Shown here in pieces: positions 25,643 through 38,880 of a stretch of 64,000 nucleotides of DNA; position 1 is the first letter of the stretch, and each line of letters starts with the position of its first letter. The stretch covers positions 10,804 through 74,803 of the forward strand of contig NW_021833460.1 in assembly GCF_006345805.1 (NCBI RefSeq). The letters run 5' to 3'. The notes below the pieces were generated by a model. The model did not search any database. It saw only the letters and a program-made list of their open reading frames with translations, and was not told the DNA's origin. Made by a program: the position numbers and the translations under genes. The DNA is from Octopus sinensis (lineage: Eukaryota).

Positions 25643-25646
<4 letters not shown>
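22918..25646 (-). mobile_element. R4/Dong-clade non-LTR retrotransposon, 5'-truncated, frameshifted
   Basis: ENYRPITCLPT, AWIDYKKAFDS, RGIFQGDTLSPLLF, YMDDLK, GGRGL, CCHC CRICGDGQETINHIISSC, C-terminus IQKIALLGTAHILRRTFSIQ* (stop 23020-23022), ~100-nt 3'UTR; (ATT)n on both sides. Confidence 0.95.
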
Positions 25647-25676
<30 letters not shown>

Positions 25677-25694
25677 TTATTATTATTATTATTA

Positions 25695-25743
<49 letters not shown>

Positions 25744-25757
25744 TTCTATTATTATTA

Positions 25758-25801
<44 letters not shown>

Positions 25802-25805
25802 CATT

Positions 25806-26807
25806 ATTCAGTATTATTATTTTTATAGCGTGCTTTCACTTCACTACCGAGCGCAGCTCTGTGTGCCTTGGGTATGTGCTGTGATTTGTTGTGATGCTCT
25901 GATGGTTATTGTATGGAAAGTGTTCTACGTAGGATGTGTGCAGTGCCTAGTAGTGCAATTTTCTGTATGTTATATGTGTTTGTAAGTCCTGGTGTTTTTG
26001 TTATGTATTTGTCTGAATATTTTTTATCATGCCTAATGCACCTACTATGATAGGAATTGTTTCTGTTTTCAGGTTCCACATTCTAGTTATCTCTATTTCC
26101 AAGTCTTTGTATTTTGAGAGCTTCTCCATATCTTTTAGAGACACGTTGTCATCAGCCGGTATTGATACATCAATTAGAAAGCATTTTTTTTCTTCATGAT
26201 CTCTGACAACTATATCTGGTCTGTTGGCCTTAATTTCTCTATCTGTGTGTATCGGCATATCCCAGAGTATGGTTGCTTTCTCGTTTTCTGTGACGTTTTC
26301 TGGTGTATGCCTATACCATCTTTTTTCTGTTGTTATTCCATAATGTTGGCATAGCTTCCAATGTATGTAGGTTCCAACTCTGTCATGTCTGTGAATATAT
26401 TCCTTCTTAGCCAGGACTGGGCAGCTAGAGATAATATGATTTATTGTTTCTTGTCCATCTCCACATATTCTGCAGTTACTTGTAATATTTCTTTTCATTA
26501 CATGTTTTTGGTAATTTCTGGTGGGGAGGCTTTGGTCTTGTGCTGCAATTAAAAATCCCTCTGTTTCTGCTTTGAGTCCTGAGCTTCTCAACCATTGCTG
26601 GGATTTTTCTTTGTCTATTTCTTTTGCGTTTAGTTTAGTGCAGTATTTACCATGAAGGGGCTTTTCTTGCCATCGTTTTATCATGGCTCGTTGCTGTTCT
26701 ATTTTTAGTTTGGATTTCATTTGTTTTATAGCTTTTGTTGTTTCTTCATCATCTTCTTCTTCTTCTTTGTGTTTATTAGGTGGTATGATTTCTTGTTTGT
26801 ATTTGTC
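25806..26807 (-). mobile_element. Second R4/Dong copy, 5'-truncated to the CCHC and RLE domains
   Basis: ORF 26001-26720 has CCHC and RLE motifs (ANRPDIVV...LIDVSIP...EKLSKYKDLEIE); same 3'UTR as the first copy. Confidence 0.95.
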
Positions 26808-26861
26808 TTTATTATTATTATTTGTCTTTATTATTTGTCTTTATTATTGTATTTGTCTTTA

Positions 26862-26911
<50 letters not shown>

Positions 26912-26981
26912 CATTACTATTATTATCATTATTATTATTTTATTATTATTATTATCATTATTATTATTATTATTATTATTA

Positions 26982-27020
<39 letters not shown>

Positions 27021-27138
27021 TATTATTATTATTATTTTATTATTATTATTATTATTATATTATCATTACTATTATTATTATTATTATTATTATTATATTA
27101 TTATTATTATTATTATATTATCATTATTATTAATACTA
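26808..27138. repeat. (ATT)n tract with atttgtcttt stutter units at its left edge
   Basis: Direct reading. Confidence 0.92.
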
Positions 27139-27650
27139 TTGAGGGAGAGAACACAGCATGCCATCAAAATGAACCTGGGGTACAAATATACGAAGCTTAA
27201 TTTACTTATCATGACTACCCGTCTGCACAAAAGGATGGTCTTATTTCAGGATAAAGAGCGCATGACCTTGCAGGTGGAGACCTGTTTGAAATTTCTTTCG
27301 GTGAAGGCCCCACTCAAAAGGTCCCTGAATAGGGGTTGTTTAAGGATGATGGATGAAACACCCATGTTTCCAGAGGTGAACTATTCAAACCCCAAAGAAT
27401 TCTTCTCAACACATTGCTATGATGCTCCCCCACTACTTATGCTCGTGATCAGAGATGCACATATCGTCAGCCACAAAGGGACATGCTCAGCTGGTTACGG
27501 ACAAACAAGTGACAAGCAAATCTGAGGTATTGGGCAGAATATCTGTGGTAGCCCATCTTTTATACCAAGACAAAGCAATGTACATGATAACACTTCCAAT
27601 CAGTTATGATCAGAAGCCATGAGATCCACAGCCTCGTACTTTCATCAGGG
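27139..27650 (-). mobile_element. (TAA)n-associated retroposon, copy D (diverged, small internal deletions)
   Basis: Homologous to copy C along its length; ends at the same catcaggg boundary. Confidence 0.85.
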
Positions 27651-27679
27651 TTTTTTCGTCTTCTTCTTCTTCTTCTTCT

Positions 27680-27830
27680 TGTCCAGATAGTTTCAGGTTG
27701 GTGGTATTGAACTCAATGCTCTGATGACAGCAGGAACAACCTTTATTTTTGACTCTCGTAACAACCACAGCCTGGTAATCTCCCTTTTCAAGTTTCCTTT
27801 GGGTACGCTTGTTTGTCCCTCCTAAAGACT
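27680..27830 (-). pseudogene. Old R4/Dong-like RLE fragment
   Basis: EITRLWLLRESKIKVVPAVIRALSSIP resembles EITRMWNLKTETIPIIVGALGMI of the young copies. Confidence 0.5.
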
Positions 27831-28059
27831 ACTAAATCCGGTCTTTAAGAGGGACAAGCAGGAAAGCGTATTATTCCTGTGCCGTCAGCCAGAGAAGTAA
27901 CACTTGACCTCAGCTCCGCATTCTTTTTTCGAGAATTTTTAGTTTTCTCCAGAATATAACTGCTTTCCTGTTATTTTCCTACACCCGTCAAATTTACTAG
28001 ACTCGTGCCTAAATTAAAACTAATTACTTGAAGTAAAGCTAAATTTATTTATAGCAATA

Positions 28060-28063
<4 letters not shown>

Positions 28064-28104
<41 letters not shown>

Positions 28105-28135
28105 CAGCAGCAGCAGCAACAGAAGCAGCAGCAGC

Positions 28136-28207
<72 letters not shown>

Positions 28208-28277
28208 TAAAATGTTTGTGCTGTTCCTCTCAGCGTGTTGGCGGTGGTTGTATTTTAAAGAGAAATAATGCTGGTGC

Positions 28278-28313
<36 letters not shown>

Positions 28314-28462
28314 AGTAGTAGTAGTAGTAGTAGTAGGAATAGTATTCGTAGAAGGAGGAGAGGTGGATGGAAGGAACAGCACTAAATGATGTTGGGAAAG
28401 TATGAAGTATGAAGACGCGTCTGCCCTCCCACCATCACCCTTCGCTTTACCACATCAATGCC

Positions 28463-28493
<31 letters not shown>

Positions 28494-28770
28494 GCAACAA
28501 CATCATCATCATCATCACTACTACCACTAACACCAGCATCACCACCACCAACATCACCAGCATGATCACCAGCAATAGCATCATCACCACCACCACCAAC
28601 AGCAGCAACATCATCACCACTACCACCAACACTAGCATCACCACCACCATTACCATCAGTATCACCAACCTTATCACCACCACCCGTCACCACCACCACC
28701 ACCACCACCACACCATCACCACCACTACCAGCATCATCACCACAACTACCACCCTCCTCATCACCCCTCC
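28064..28770. repeat. (GTA)n/(GCA)n arrays and an ACC/CAT cryptic repeat
   Basis: Direct reading. Confidence 0.9.
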
Positions 28771-29131
28771 TTAGCACAGTAGACGCAGCAAGTAACATAT
28801 GAGTATATATATTAATGCTAATTACCAAGTGTCAATGGATCAGATGGTAGAAGTGGTGAAATGAATATTAATTGATGAATGCTTGTAAATAATAAATAAT
28901 TATGATGTGAGACAGACACAACTAATGCATCAATATTTACTGGGGTATTCATTCTGCATCTGCCGAAAAAATATTTAAATACGTGTCTATGTGTGCAAGT
29001 GCGTGCGTGTCCAGGTGTGTATCTGAATGAGTTTGTGTGCATATATATATATATATATGTATGCATGCACATGATATATACATATAAATATATATATAAA
29101 TATATATATATACATATATATACACATACAC

Positions 29132-29242
29132 ACGAGGGGGTGTATGAAAAGTCTTAAATCTCAAAAAAGACAAGGCTTTTGTACAAGACTTGTGAGGAAA
29201 GTGTAAGACTTCAAGGCTCAAAACTTTTTATACACCCCTCGT
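29132..29242. mobile_element. Mariner-type MITE (~111 bp)
   Basis: TIRs acgagggggtgtatgaaaagt / actttttatacacccctcgt. Confidence 0.75.
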
Positions 29243-29364
29243 TTACGCACACACACACACACACACGCACACACATGTACACACACACACGTACGCACAC
29301 ACAGACACACGCACACACAGACACAGACACAAACATATATATATATATATATGTAAAACTTTAA

Positions 29365-29544
29365 ACTTTTATTTGTTTTAAGTCGAACAATTCGACCCCG
29401 GGACTTATCATTTTCAAAGCCGGTGTTTATTCTGTTGGTTATTTTTGCTGAACTGCTAAGTTACGGGAATGTAAACACACCAACGACAGTTATGACCATT
29501 AGTGGAGGACAAACACAAATATAGACACACTCATAAATACACAA

Positions 29545-29591
<47 letters not shown>

Positions 29592-30668
29592 TGTACTTAC
29601 ATACAAGGCCAAAGAGGGTACGGGGCCGCTATATATATTATTATATGTAGAAAAATACAAACTGGGACACGAACGTAAGACATTTAGGAGACGATACCAA
29701 AAAACACGGACGGGCCATTCGAAACCTTCAATCTTCAGTCAAGAACCGGATCATCCTCGCAATTTCGGCTGATTAATCTTGAGATCGCTCCGATCCGGCC
29801 AACCCCAAGGAAAAACTAAGCTACGAGCATTAGATTTCTTGGAAAAAGGATCGAATTTATACGAAACAAGGACAGAAAAACGGACGATGCCACACGAATA
29901 TAAATACAAAAAACAATAATAGTAATTACAGGACAAAAACAGCGGGTGTCTTACGACTATAGACAGTACAACTTAGTTTAGCTGGCGTATTTGGAAAAAA
30001 ATGCCTTTATCGGCAGACGAAGAAAACAATGTTCTCATGGTGCTGGTCAGAAACCGAAAGGCTGGTTGACCAGCGGTCACGTGAGAGGAGAAGAGAGAGT
30101 AAAAATGGGGGCAAAGGAATCAAAGAGGGAGAGAAAAAGAGGGGCGAAGGCACCAAAGGGGGGAGAAGAGAGAGAAAGAAGGAATTAAAGAGTGGAGAAG
30201 AAAGAGAGCATGCCAAGGATTGGCTTGGCGACAGTGAGGTGCAAAGTGAGAAAGACAGAGAAATGTGAGAGAGTGGGGGAAGAGGAGACCAAAGAATTAG
30301 AGGCAAGAAAAGAGAAAAGGAGGAGAAGTAGAGAGAGAGAGAGAGAGAAAGAGACAGATCAAAGTAGAGTGCAAAGTGTGAAAGGCAGAGAAATGTAGGA
30401 GAGAGAGACAGTGTTATAGAGTTGTACCAAATTTAAAGAAATATGTACTTACATACAAGGCCAAAGAGGGTACGGGCACCGCTATATAAATATATATATA
30501 TATATGCGTATATATGACCAATTTCTTTCTACGAAATCCACTTGCAACGCCTCGGTCAGCCCGAAGCTATTGTAGAAGACACTTGCCCAATGTACCTTGC
30601 TGTGGGACTGAACCCGGAATTATGTGGGTGGGAAACAAACTTCTTCCCATGCAGCCACGCCTATACTT
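29365..30668 (-). mobile_element. SINE family A split by an insertion in its internal (TA)n
   Basis: 3' half at ~29365-29525 and 5' half at ~30512-30668 are collinear on the minus strand. Confidence 0.7.
29587..30483. mobile_element. ~897-bp non-coding element with ~44-bp terminal direct repeats inserted in (TA)n
   Basis: aaatatgtacttacatacaaggccaaagagggtacggg(g/ca)ccgct at 29587-29630 and 30439-30483. Confidence 0.7.
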
Positions 30669-30792
30669 ACACAGAAGTGTGACGAAAGGATTCTCATCGA
30701 AGTACAATTCTCAACGAAGTACAATTAATATGAAATAATCTGACGCAGGTGAACACATTGGCTAAATTGGCAACATGACTATCCTTAAATAC

Positions 30793-30850
<58 letters not shown>

Positions 30851-30894
30851 ATAAAGTAAAAAGTAAAATATAAAGAGTCAAAGGAAGAGCAAGA

Positions 30895-31052
30895 GACGGT
30901 GGGTGGACAAACACAGATACACAAATATATACATACATGCACACACACACACACGTATATTCTACGACCTATTGGATAAGACACTTGCCAAGTTGGGACA
31001 AAACCCAAAACCATGTGGTTGAGAGGCAAGTTTTTACCACACAGCCACTCCA
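30895..31052 (-). mobile_element. SINE family A fragment
   Basis: gggtggacaaacacagatacac...gacacttgccaagttgggac...aaccatgtggttg...ttaccacacagccactcc. Confidence 0.65.
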
Positions 31053-31070
31053 AATGCATGCATACATACA

Positions 31071-31101
<31 letters not shown>

Positions 31102-31490
31102 CATGATATGCGGTGGTAGATATATGGTAGCATAACAGAAAGATACAGAGCGAAGCAAAGCAGTCGAACATGAAATATACATATTTAAATAGCAACAGAT
31201 TTAAGTTAACACCATATCAGAGTGATTTAGTGTACGAAAGAGAAGTTAAGCATACTTGCACACAGAGCGTACCTACACATGTATCTTCATATACACATAC
31301 ACACACAGACACACGCACACACACACACACACACACTCACAGACACACACACACACACACACAGATGTAGTCTTAGTTGCCGACAAGGATATTAACGTAA
31401 GCGTTTGAACAAATATGCGCATTAATTTGTAGACACAAATTTATGACGACATACGTATGGCTATACATGCATGTCTCCATGTACATATAT

Positions 31491-31573
<83 letters not shown>

Positions 31574-31731
31574 AGTATGTATGTATGTATATATGCATAT
31601 ACCATATATATTTATGTATACATATTTACACATACATATACATATACATATACACATATATATATATATATATTATATATATATATATATATATATGCGT
31701 GTGTGTGTGTGTGTGTGTATACACATGTATG

Positions 31732-31768
<37 letters not shown>

Positions 31769-31904
31769 GCGCGCACATACGCACGCAACTGCACACATAA
31801 CTGCATTCATGAATACATGGACAATTGTGTGTGCAGGCATTTAATTAAACATATACCCGTATAACATTCATAAATATGCACACATGTTCATTAACATACA
31901 CACG

Positions 31905-31935
<31 letters not shown>

Positions 31936-32121
31936 TTATTGCTTTCTGTCTCTTTTTATGGGTCTAGTATTCTCGCATGTCGTATAAATACACACACACA
32001 CGTACATACATACGCACATTTATGTAAATGTGTAGACATGCACATTAATTCATTAGTCAATATGCACTGTTCCTTTCTGTCACTATTTCTGTGTCTAGCA
32101 TGCTTCCGTATAACATACACA

Positions 32122-32156
<35 letters not shown>

Positions 32157-32180
32157 CACAAAAACACTCACACACATGTC

Positions 32181-32244
<64 letters not shown>

Positions 32245-32265
32245 GAGAGAGAGAGAGAAATAGAG

Positions 32266-32347
<82 letters not shown>

Positions 32348-32597
32348 GTAAATAGATGCATCTACACAAGCTCATACACACACACGTATATATATGTAAC
32401 CATCCGAGGGGGGAATTGTGATGATAATGTAGTTTAGCAGAATAATTCGAATAATATCGGTAATATTTGTTTAATATTTTGATTAAGAAGGGTTTGGGCA
32501 GAAATAGTGCTGACAATCAACAATAATATAAAGCATTATTTATAATAACGACATTGTTATTAACTACACCAGAGAAAGCAATGAAATAAACGAAAAA

Positions 32598-32730
32598 GAA
32601 GAAGAAGAAGAAGAAGAAGAAGAAGAAGAAGAAGAAGAAGAAGAAGAAGAAGAAGAAGAAGAAGAAGAAGAAGAAGAAGAAGAAGAAGAAGATGAAGAAG
32701 AAGGTGATGAAGGAGAAGGAGAAGAAGAGA
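32598..32730. repeat. (GAA)n microsatellite
   Basis: Direct reading. Confidence 0.96.
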
Positions 32731-34072
32731 ACAGCGGTGACATTAATTTTGTTTTATGCATAATAAAATATCGCTGACAATCGGAATTCAACGAAATTCA
32801 GTTCTTACTTAATTCTCTGTAATTTGGTAGGAAATAAATGATATAAAATAACAATAAATATACAAAGATAATATAAATATACATTAAACAACAGAATATA
32901 ATGCAGTCGAAGAATACGAAAACAAAATAATACAACTAGAAGAACAATAACAATAATAATAATTAAAATTATAAGAACAACAAGAACAAGCATATTGATG
33001 ACAAATTGTTGTACATAATTTTAAAGAATTGTCCATGGTTGTCAAAAACTTTGGAAAAAAATGTTTTCGTGGCAATATTTCTTGTTTTTGTCGTGTCTTC
33101 TTGACTAATGCTGACTTGTGTTAAAGATTAAGTGAGTAGCTATAACTTTTCTTTTACTCACCGGCGTAAATTCTGGGTAAATTTGTCTCTATTTAATTAT
33201 TTGTTTGTTAACTTAGAATCGAGAATTGTTTTGTTTTTTTTGTTTTTTCTTGTGATTTTCTTATTTTGAAGAAGGAATGTGTGCAGTCGTGTACGTCTAT
33301 CTGCAATTCGTTTTGTGTTAGTTGTGTGAAAGATTATCTCTTCCTGTCTTTATGGCGTTTGGAGGAATAATCAAATGTCGAGACGGAGTGTGCTAAAATT
33401 AACCATAATTTATTCTTCTATTCTCTGCTAACATATTACAAGTTTTGTACGGTGCAGTTCTTATTGTTATTTAACTCCGTACCAAATATAATCAACGGCG
33501 TTCCAGCTATGACCATCCAGTCTATATCTTTTTAGGCATCATGCATCTACTATCACACTATCAATGAATCGCCCCAGCTTTTCTTTTGTATTTTGTTTTT
33601 GTAATTTTATTTTGAAGATTATATGCACGGTTTAAGCATGAATTGGCTGCTTTATTTTATCATAAATCGAATGAGAGAATCTGAGTAGGTTTGCACGTAT
33701 GTTGTTGTTGTTGGTGGTAGTGGTGGTGTTGCTGCTGTTGTTTTCTTCTTCTTCTTCTTCTTCTTCTTCTTCTTCTTCTTCTTCTTCTTCCGATCAGGAC
33801 TCACGCTATTAGCCACAAAGAATAATCTCTAATTCGAGCCTACTCTAAGCTACTAAGAATGCGTATGGCAACTTGAAGATCCACCCACCACACGCGATAG
33901 ACTGGTGGTTGCACGGGCGCGAAAGCTACGTTGTTATCCTCATTCCGCAAACGGTGGCTTTTAACGGGTGGAGATCTGAACCATCATGGGGTACAGGGGA
34001 TCCGCAATCTAGACTAGTGTCTGAAAGTTTACCACACCATAGTGGGTTACATCATGGTTCCTCTGCTTTGTG

Positions 34073-34269
34073 GCAGAAGTAGGAAGAAAGAGTGAAAGAA
34101 AGTTGTGGTGAAAGAGTACAGCGGGGTTGAGAGCAAATAATATAAATTTTGTCCTATTGTAAAAAAGTTTTTGCTCAGTAAACATTGACAATGCCCGGTC
34201 TGGGAATCGAAACCGCGTTCTCACGACCGCAAGTCCGCTGCCCTAACCACTGGGCCATTGCGCCTCCAC
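34073..34269 (-). mobile_element. SINE family B, 5' part
   Basis: Minus head gtggaggcgcaatggcccagtggttagggcagcggac...ttcgattcccagaccgggc. Confidence 0.8.
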
Positions 34270-35393
34270 TGCTGCTGTTGTTTTTGTTGTGGTGATTGAT
34301 TAGTACTTTTATACTAATTCTGTCTACACTTTCTGCTATTTTCCATGGAATCGTTTCTCACCTTAAAAAAGAGGAAAAGTGGATAAGTCACTTTGGAATA
34401 TTTGCGATCATAGGTCTGCTTAAACAGAACAGATCTGAGTGTAAACAAAAACATTAATAACAACAATGACAACTTCAATGACATTACATTATCCAACATA
34501 CAAACTGCCATTTTCAACGATAGAACAATAAGATTGATTTTGTGATCCCTTGTGATGAGGAAATTAGTATATATATGGAGCTGGGGTAGACATGACTCCC
34601 ATATTTGCATCAGTCTATTGACAGCATTCGAATTTAACTTGTTATTCTTCGAAAGATGCGAAAATCGGGTGATCATATCGAAAAAAAATACGTAGCTGTT
34701 GACAGTCGAGGATTGAAACAGCATTCAAACTCCACGCTAACGATTGCCTATCTCTTGCCTGATAGCGCCTGCTGTAACATTATTAAAAGAAATTTCAACT
34801 TTTTCACACTGCCGTAACAGTAACTTCTAAGAAAGCACTGGTAGTTTGCGTCGTAAAGATATTAACTACAAATTGTAGCTAAATTGTAAGTGACAAAGAG
34901 ATTTGTCCGAAACGTTAAGCAAGTATATCACCTTAGGTGTCCACAATGTAATACGTCAGACCTGCTTAATCCGGAGTCATCTGGAACTAAATAGCAGCAA
35001 CAGAACTACGTATAAATTATATTTTTAAGACTGTAGTATGTATGATCTTGAGCGTGGTGGTGGGGATTTGGCCGTATTGATCGGGAGTCGATCGATTATG
35101 AGAAAGTCCTCTCTCCTTGAAGTGCTGCATACGTTGCCTAGAGGCTACTCCATAACGTACCTAATGAGGAATGGTACTTCACTATACGTTGCACATCCTA
35201 AGTCTCTACGATCCTAAGTCTCTCAATCCTAAGTTTCTACGCAATATTTAGAATCATGACTAACAGGAATCTCTGTCTGTAATTTAATGCATCTAAAACT
35301 CTCAGTTGTTACTTTGAAATTAAATATTGAGATTACAGCAAAATCCCAGCGCCCGAGAACTAATGCTCTTACACATAGTAAGGTCACACAAAC

Positions 35394-35762
35394 AGGCGTG
35401 GTTGTGTGGTAAGAAGCTTGTTTCCCGACCACAAAATTCCGAGCTCAGTCCCACTTTGTGGCACCTTCGGCAAATGTATTATACTATGAGTGGTTTTGGT
35501 TGACGGAAACTGAAAGAAGCCTGTCATACATGTGTATGAGTATGTGTGTGAATGTGTGTGTGTGTGTGTGTCCCGGAGCACGCGGGTGTATGTCTGTTTG
35601 ACAACCGGTGATGGTGAGTTTACTTTTCAGTGACAGAGTAGTTCGTCAAAAGACACCGATAGAGTAAGTACCAGGCTTAAAAAATAATAAATCTCGACTA
35701 AAAGTTCTTCATGGCAGTGCCCCAACATGGCCACAATCTTATAACTGAAACAAGTGAAAGAT
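35394..35762 (+). mobile_element. SINE family A, degraded
   Basis: gtgtggtaagaagcttgtttccc...cagtccca...gacggaaactgaaagaagcc...ctgaaacaagtgaaag. Confidence 0.75.
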
Positions 35763-36596
35763 TCACCCATACGCTCATATGCACCATCTCACACAAGCAT
35801 TTATCATCCGTGTTTATAGTCCTTTCTAGCGTTGACTATTAAAAGAAATCTCGCCTATCATCGACTAAAACCTATTATAATATCCCGTAATATTATGTCT
35901 GAAATTCCGGTTTGTTGTGACATTAAGTTGAATTCCTTTCGAACGAGCATTCTTCAGAAAGTTCGATTTCACTCCAACAGAGAATTGACAACAGTAGAAG
36001 AAATGGAGCGGAAGTAATATACCACCATATATATAACAAAATCTCAATGATACTGACTCAGCATCTAGATTATTCTAGGAAAACGGAAAGAAAGAAAGAA
36101 AGAAGAAGGGGAAGATTACGAAGTTGTATACACATGTGGTAGGCCATTGTTGTCTCTGGTTATGACGAAAACGATAAGACCGATTCATCAATCTGCCGAA
36201 GGATGATCCGTAAGGAGGAGGAATGGCAGCAGCCGTAGTTTTAGTGGCGGCAGTGGTGGCAGCGGAAGATGTGATGAAGGGTGGTATATTTTGGTAGTTG
36301 TATGGCGAGGGAGGACGGTTGAGAGGATTTCTTAATCATAAAATATAACGTAAGGACCCAGAGCCTGTGATAGTTTAATGCTTTCTCATAAACCAATGGA
36401 CTGGCTTGTAAAGAGGAAGTAATTAAAAATCTCCAGGTCGTTAACCCAAGACTGGACAGTATGACTAAACACCTAGTAGTTAAAATGATGTATGTGCGCG
36501 CGCACAAAACACACAACACACACACACACACACCACACACACACACGTATGCATATTCATACTGGAATATAGGCATGCAAGTATGTATATGTAATA

Positions 36597-36627
<31 letters not shown>

Positions 36628-37317
36628 GACACACACACACACATATATATATATACATACATATATTCATAGACACGTATGTATACACACATGTAAATAT
36701 ATATGTACATGTCTTTTATCTATTTTCTGGTTACTTGCTTCATTCATTAGATTGTGGCCATGCTGGAGCGCCACGTGGAGGAATCTTTAGCCGAATGAAT
36801 CGACCTCTGTACGCATCAATATTTTTCTTCCTTCTTGCAAAGCCTGGACATTATTCTATCTGTCTCTTTCGCCGAAGGACGTAAACATGATGTCTCTTGT
36901 TTTTGTGTTTCTCCCTCTGTTTTGCCAGAGGTTTCGCTCTCCGAGTGTCCGATTCCTAATTTCACCTGCTTCTGTCTCTTTCTCGGTAAATATTTCGTAA
37001 AGGACCCGTTCGCACTTATGTGTGAAATAATTTTTTCCACAGGTTTCTTTTAAGTACTTTCAACGTGTTTCACCTCTAAACCCACAGGAACCACTTTCTT
37101 CAGAAACAGAAATGGGGAAGGGTGGTGGGAACCTCAGAGTTTGCTACCAACGGAGTTTTGAATCGCTGGATTTTTTTTCTTTTCCAGGTTATTTTGCATT
37201 CTTTCAAAGAATGTGACATCGAAATCTCTTGTAAACTGCACTTTTCCCCAGAAAAGAAAATATTTGGCTGCTATTTCTAACACGCCATGATACCACGAAA
37301 TATATAAGGTTTTCAAA

Positions 37318-37485
37318 TTTGGGCACAAGGCTTGCAATTTCGGAGGAAGGATAAATCGATTACATCGACCCCAGTATATAACTGATACATATTTTATCAA
37401 CCCCGAAAAGGAATTTGAGCTCAGAGCATAAACCTGGAAAAATGCCGCGTAGTACTTTGTCCAGCGTGCTAACGATTTACCCAAC
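37318..37485 (-). mobile_element. SINE family C
   Basis: ttgggcacaaggc...aatcgattacatcgaccccagt...atttgagctcagag...gcgtgctaacgatt. Confidence 0.7.
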
Positions 37486-37972
37486 ACACCACTATATATA
37501 AGGTTATAAATAGCATTATTTTGCTATTTTTTTCACAATATGTCACACAATGGGACCAAGCATGAAGCCACGTAGTTTCAATGAGAGCTCCTTGTCCACT
37601 CAACGGTGACTGTGCAGCTCACTTAAGTTTAACAAGGGGGGAAAAAACAAGTTGGAGCATGTTTCCTCTGCACTCTTTCTGCATAAATTTGCATATATAT
37701 GGAGCAATTTTCGCATTAGATACAATTTGTTCTCCCTTGGTATTCAACAGACGGAAATGGCACACCGTAACAGAAATACATAGGAAGGAAATGGCAGTAA
37801 GAACATTATTTACGTTATTTACAATTGACGGATACTTGTCCTTAAATTGTTTGTTGTTAACACAACTTTACGGCTGATATACCCTCCAAGGCTTCATTAG
37901 CTGTCTTGGGGAAATTTCAAACCAGGGTTCTCATTCGTAAGGTATTTTTCGATATTATTATTATTATTATTA

Positions 37973-38041
<69 letters not shown>

Positions 38042-38263
38042 TGTTATATTTCGGAATGGTCATATTGCCAGTTTAGCCAATAAAAACACACGCACTATAT
38101 ATTTGGTGTTATTTTGCTTCAGTGTTTTTATTTCTTACATTAATCTTAATCTTATTTCGGCCAGAGTTCTTTCGTTACACTCCTGTGACCGCATCAGTGG
38201 TCCTTTGTTTTCTTCTTTCTTATTTGTGTCTCTCCTTACTAACCGTCATCCATTTTGTATTTC

Positions 38264-38357
<94 letters not shown>

Positions 38358-38360
<3 letters not shown>

Positions 38361-38802
38361 AATGAGAGAGCAGTGCATGCCATCAAATTGACACTGGGGT
38401 ACAAATATACGAAGTCCAGTATACCCATCATGACTACCCATCTGATAAGGGTACACCAGGCACATGCATCACAACCATATGTGCGCGATATGGTGATCTC
38501 ATATCAAGATAAACAGCATATGACCTTGTAGATGGGGCCCAGTTAGAATTTTCTTCTGTTGAAAAGGTCCCCGAATAAGGGTTGTTTAACGATGTTGAAC
38601 GTTACACTCATATTTCCAGAGGTGAATTATTCAAACCTCAAAGAATTCCTCTCAACACATGGCTATGATGCTCCCCAAATACTTCTGCTTGTGATCAGAG
38701 ATGCACATATCGTCAGGCACTAAGGCACATGCTCAACTGGTTAAGGTCAAACAACTGACAAGCAAATCTGTGCTATTGAGCAGAATATTTGCTGTAGCCC
38801 AT
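38358..38802 (-). mobile_element. (TAA)n-associated retroposon, copy E (5'-truncated)
   Basis: Constant end ttgaatgagagagcagtg; stops at gctgtagcccat and runs into (ATT)n. Confidence 0.85.
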
Positions 38803-38832
38803 TATCATTATTATTATTATTATTATTATTAA

Positions 38833-38878
<46 letters not shown>

Positions 38879-38880
<2 letters not shown>

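Noticed and set aside
29700-29760. Hammerhead in the direct-repeat element (CUGAAGA...UUCGAAU)
   Set aside because: No GAAA and no feasible helix II or III.
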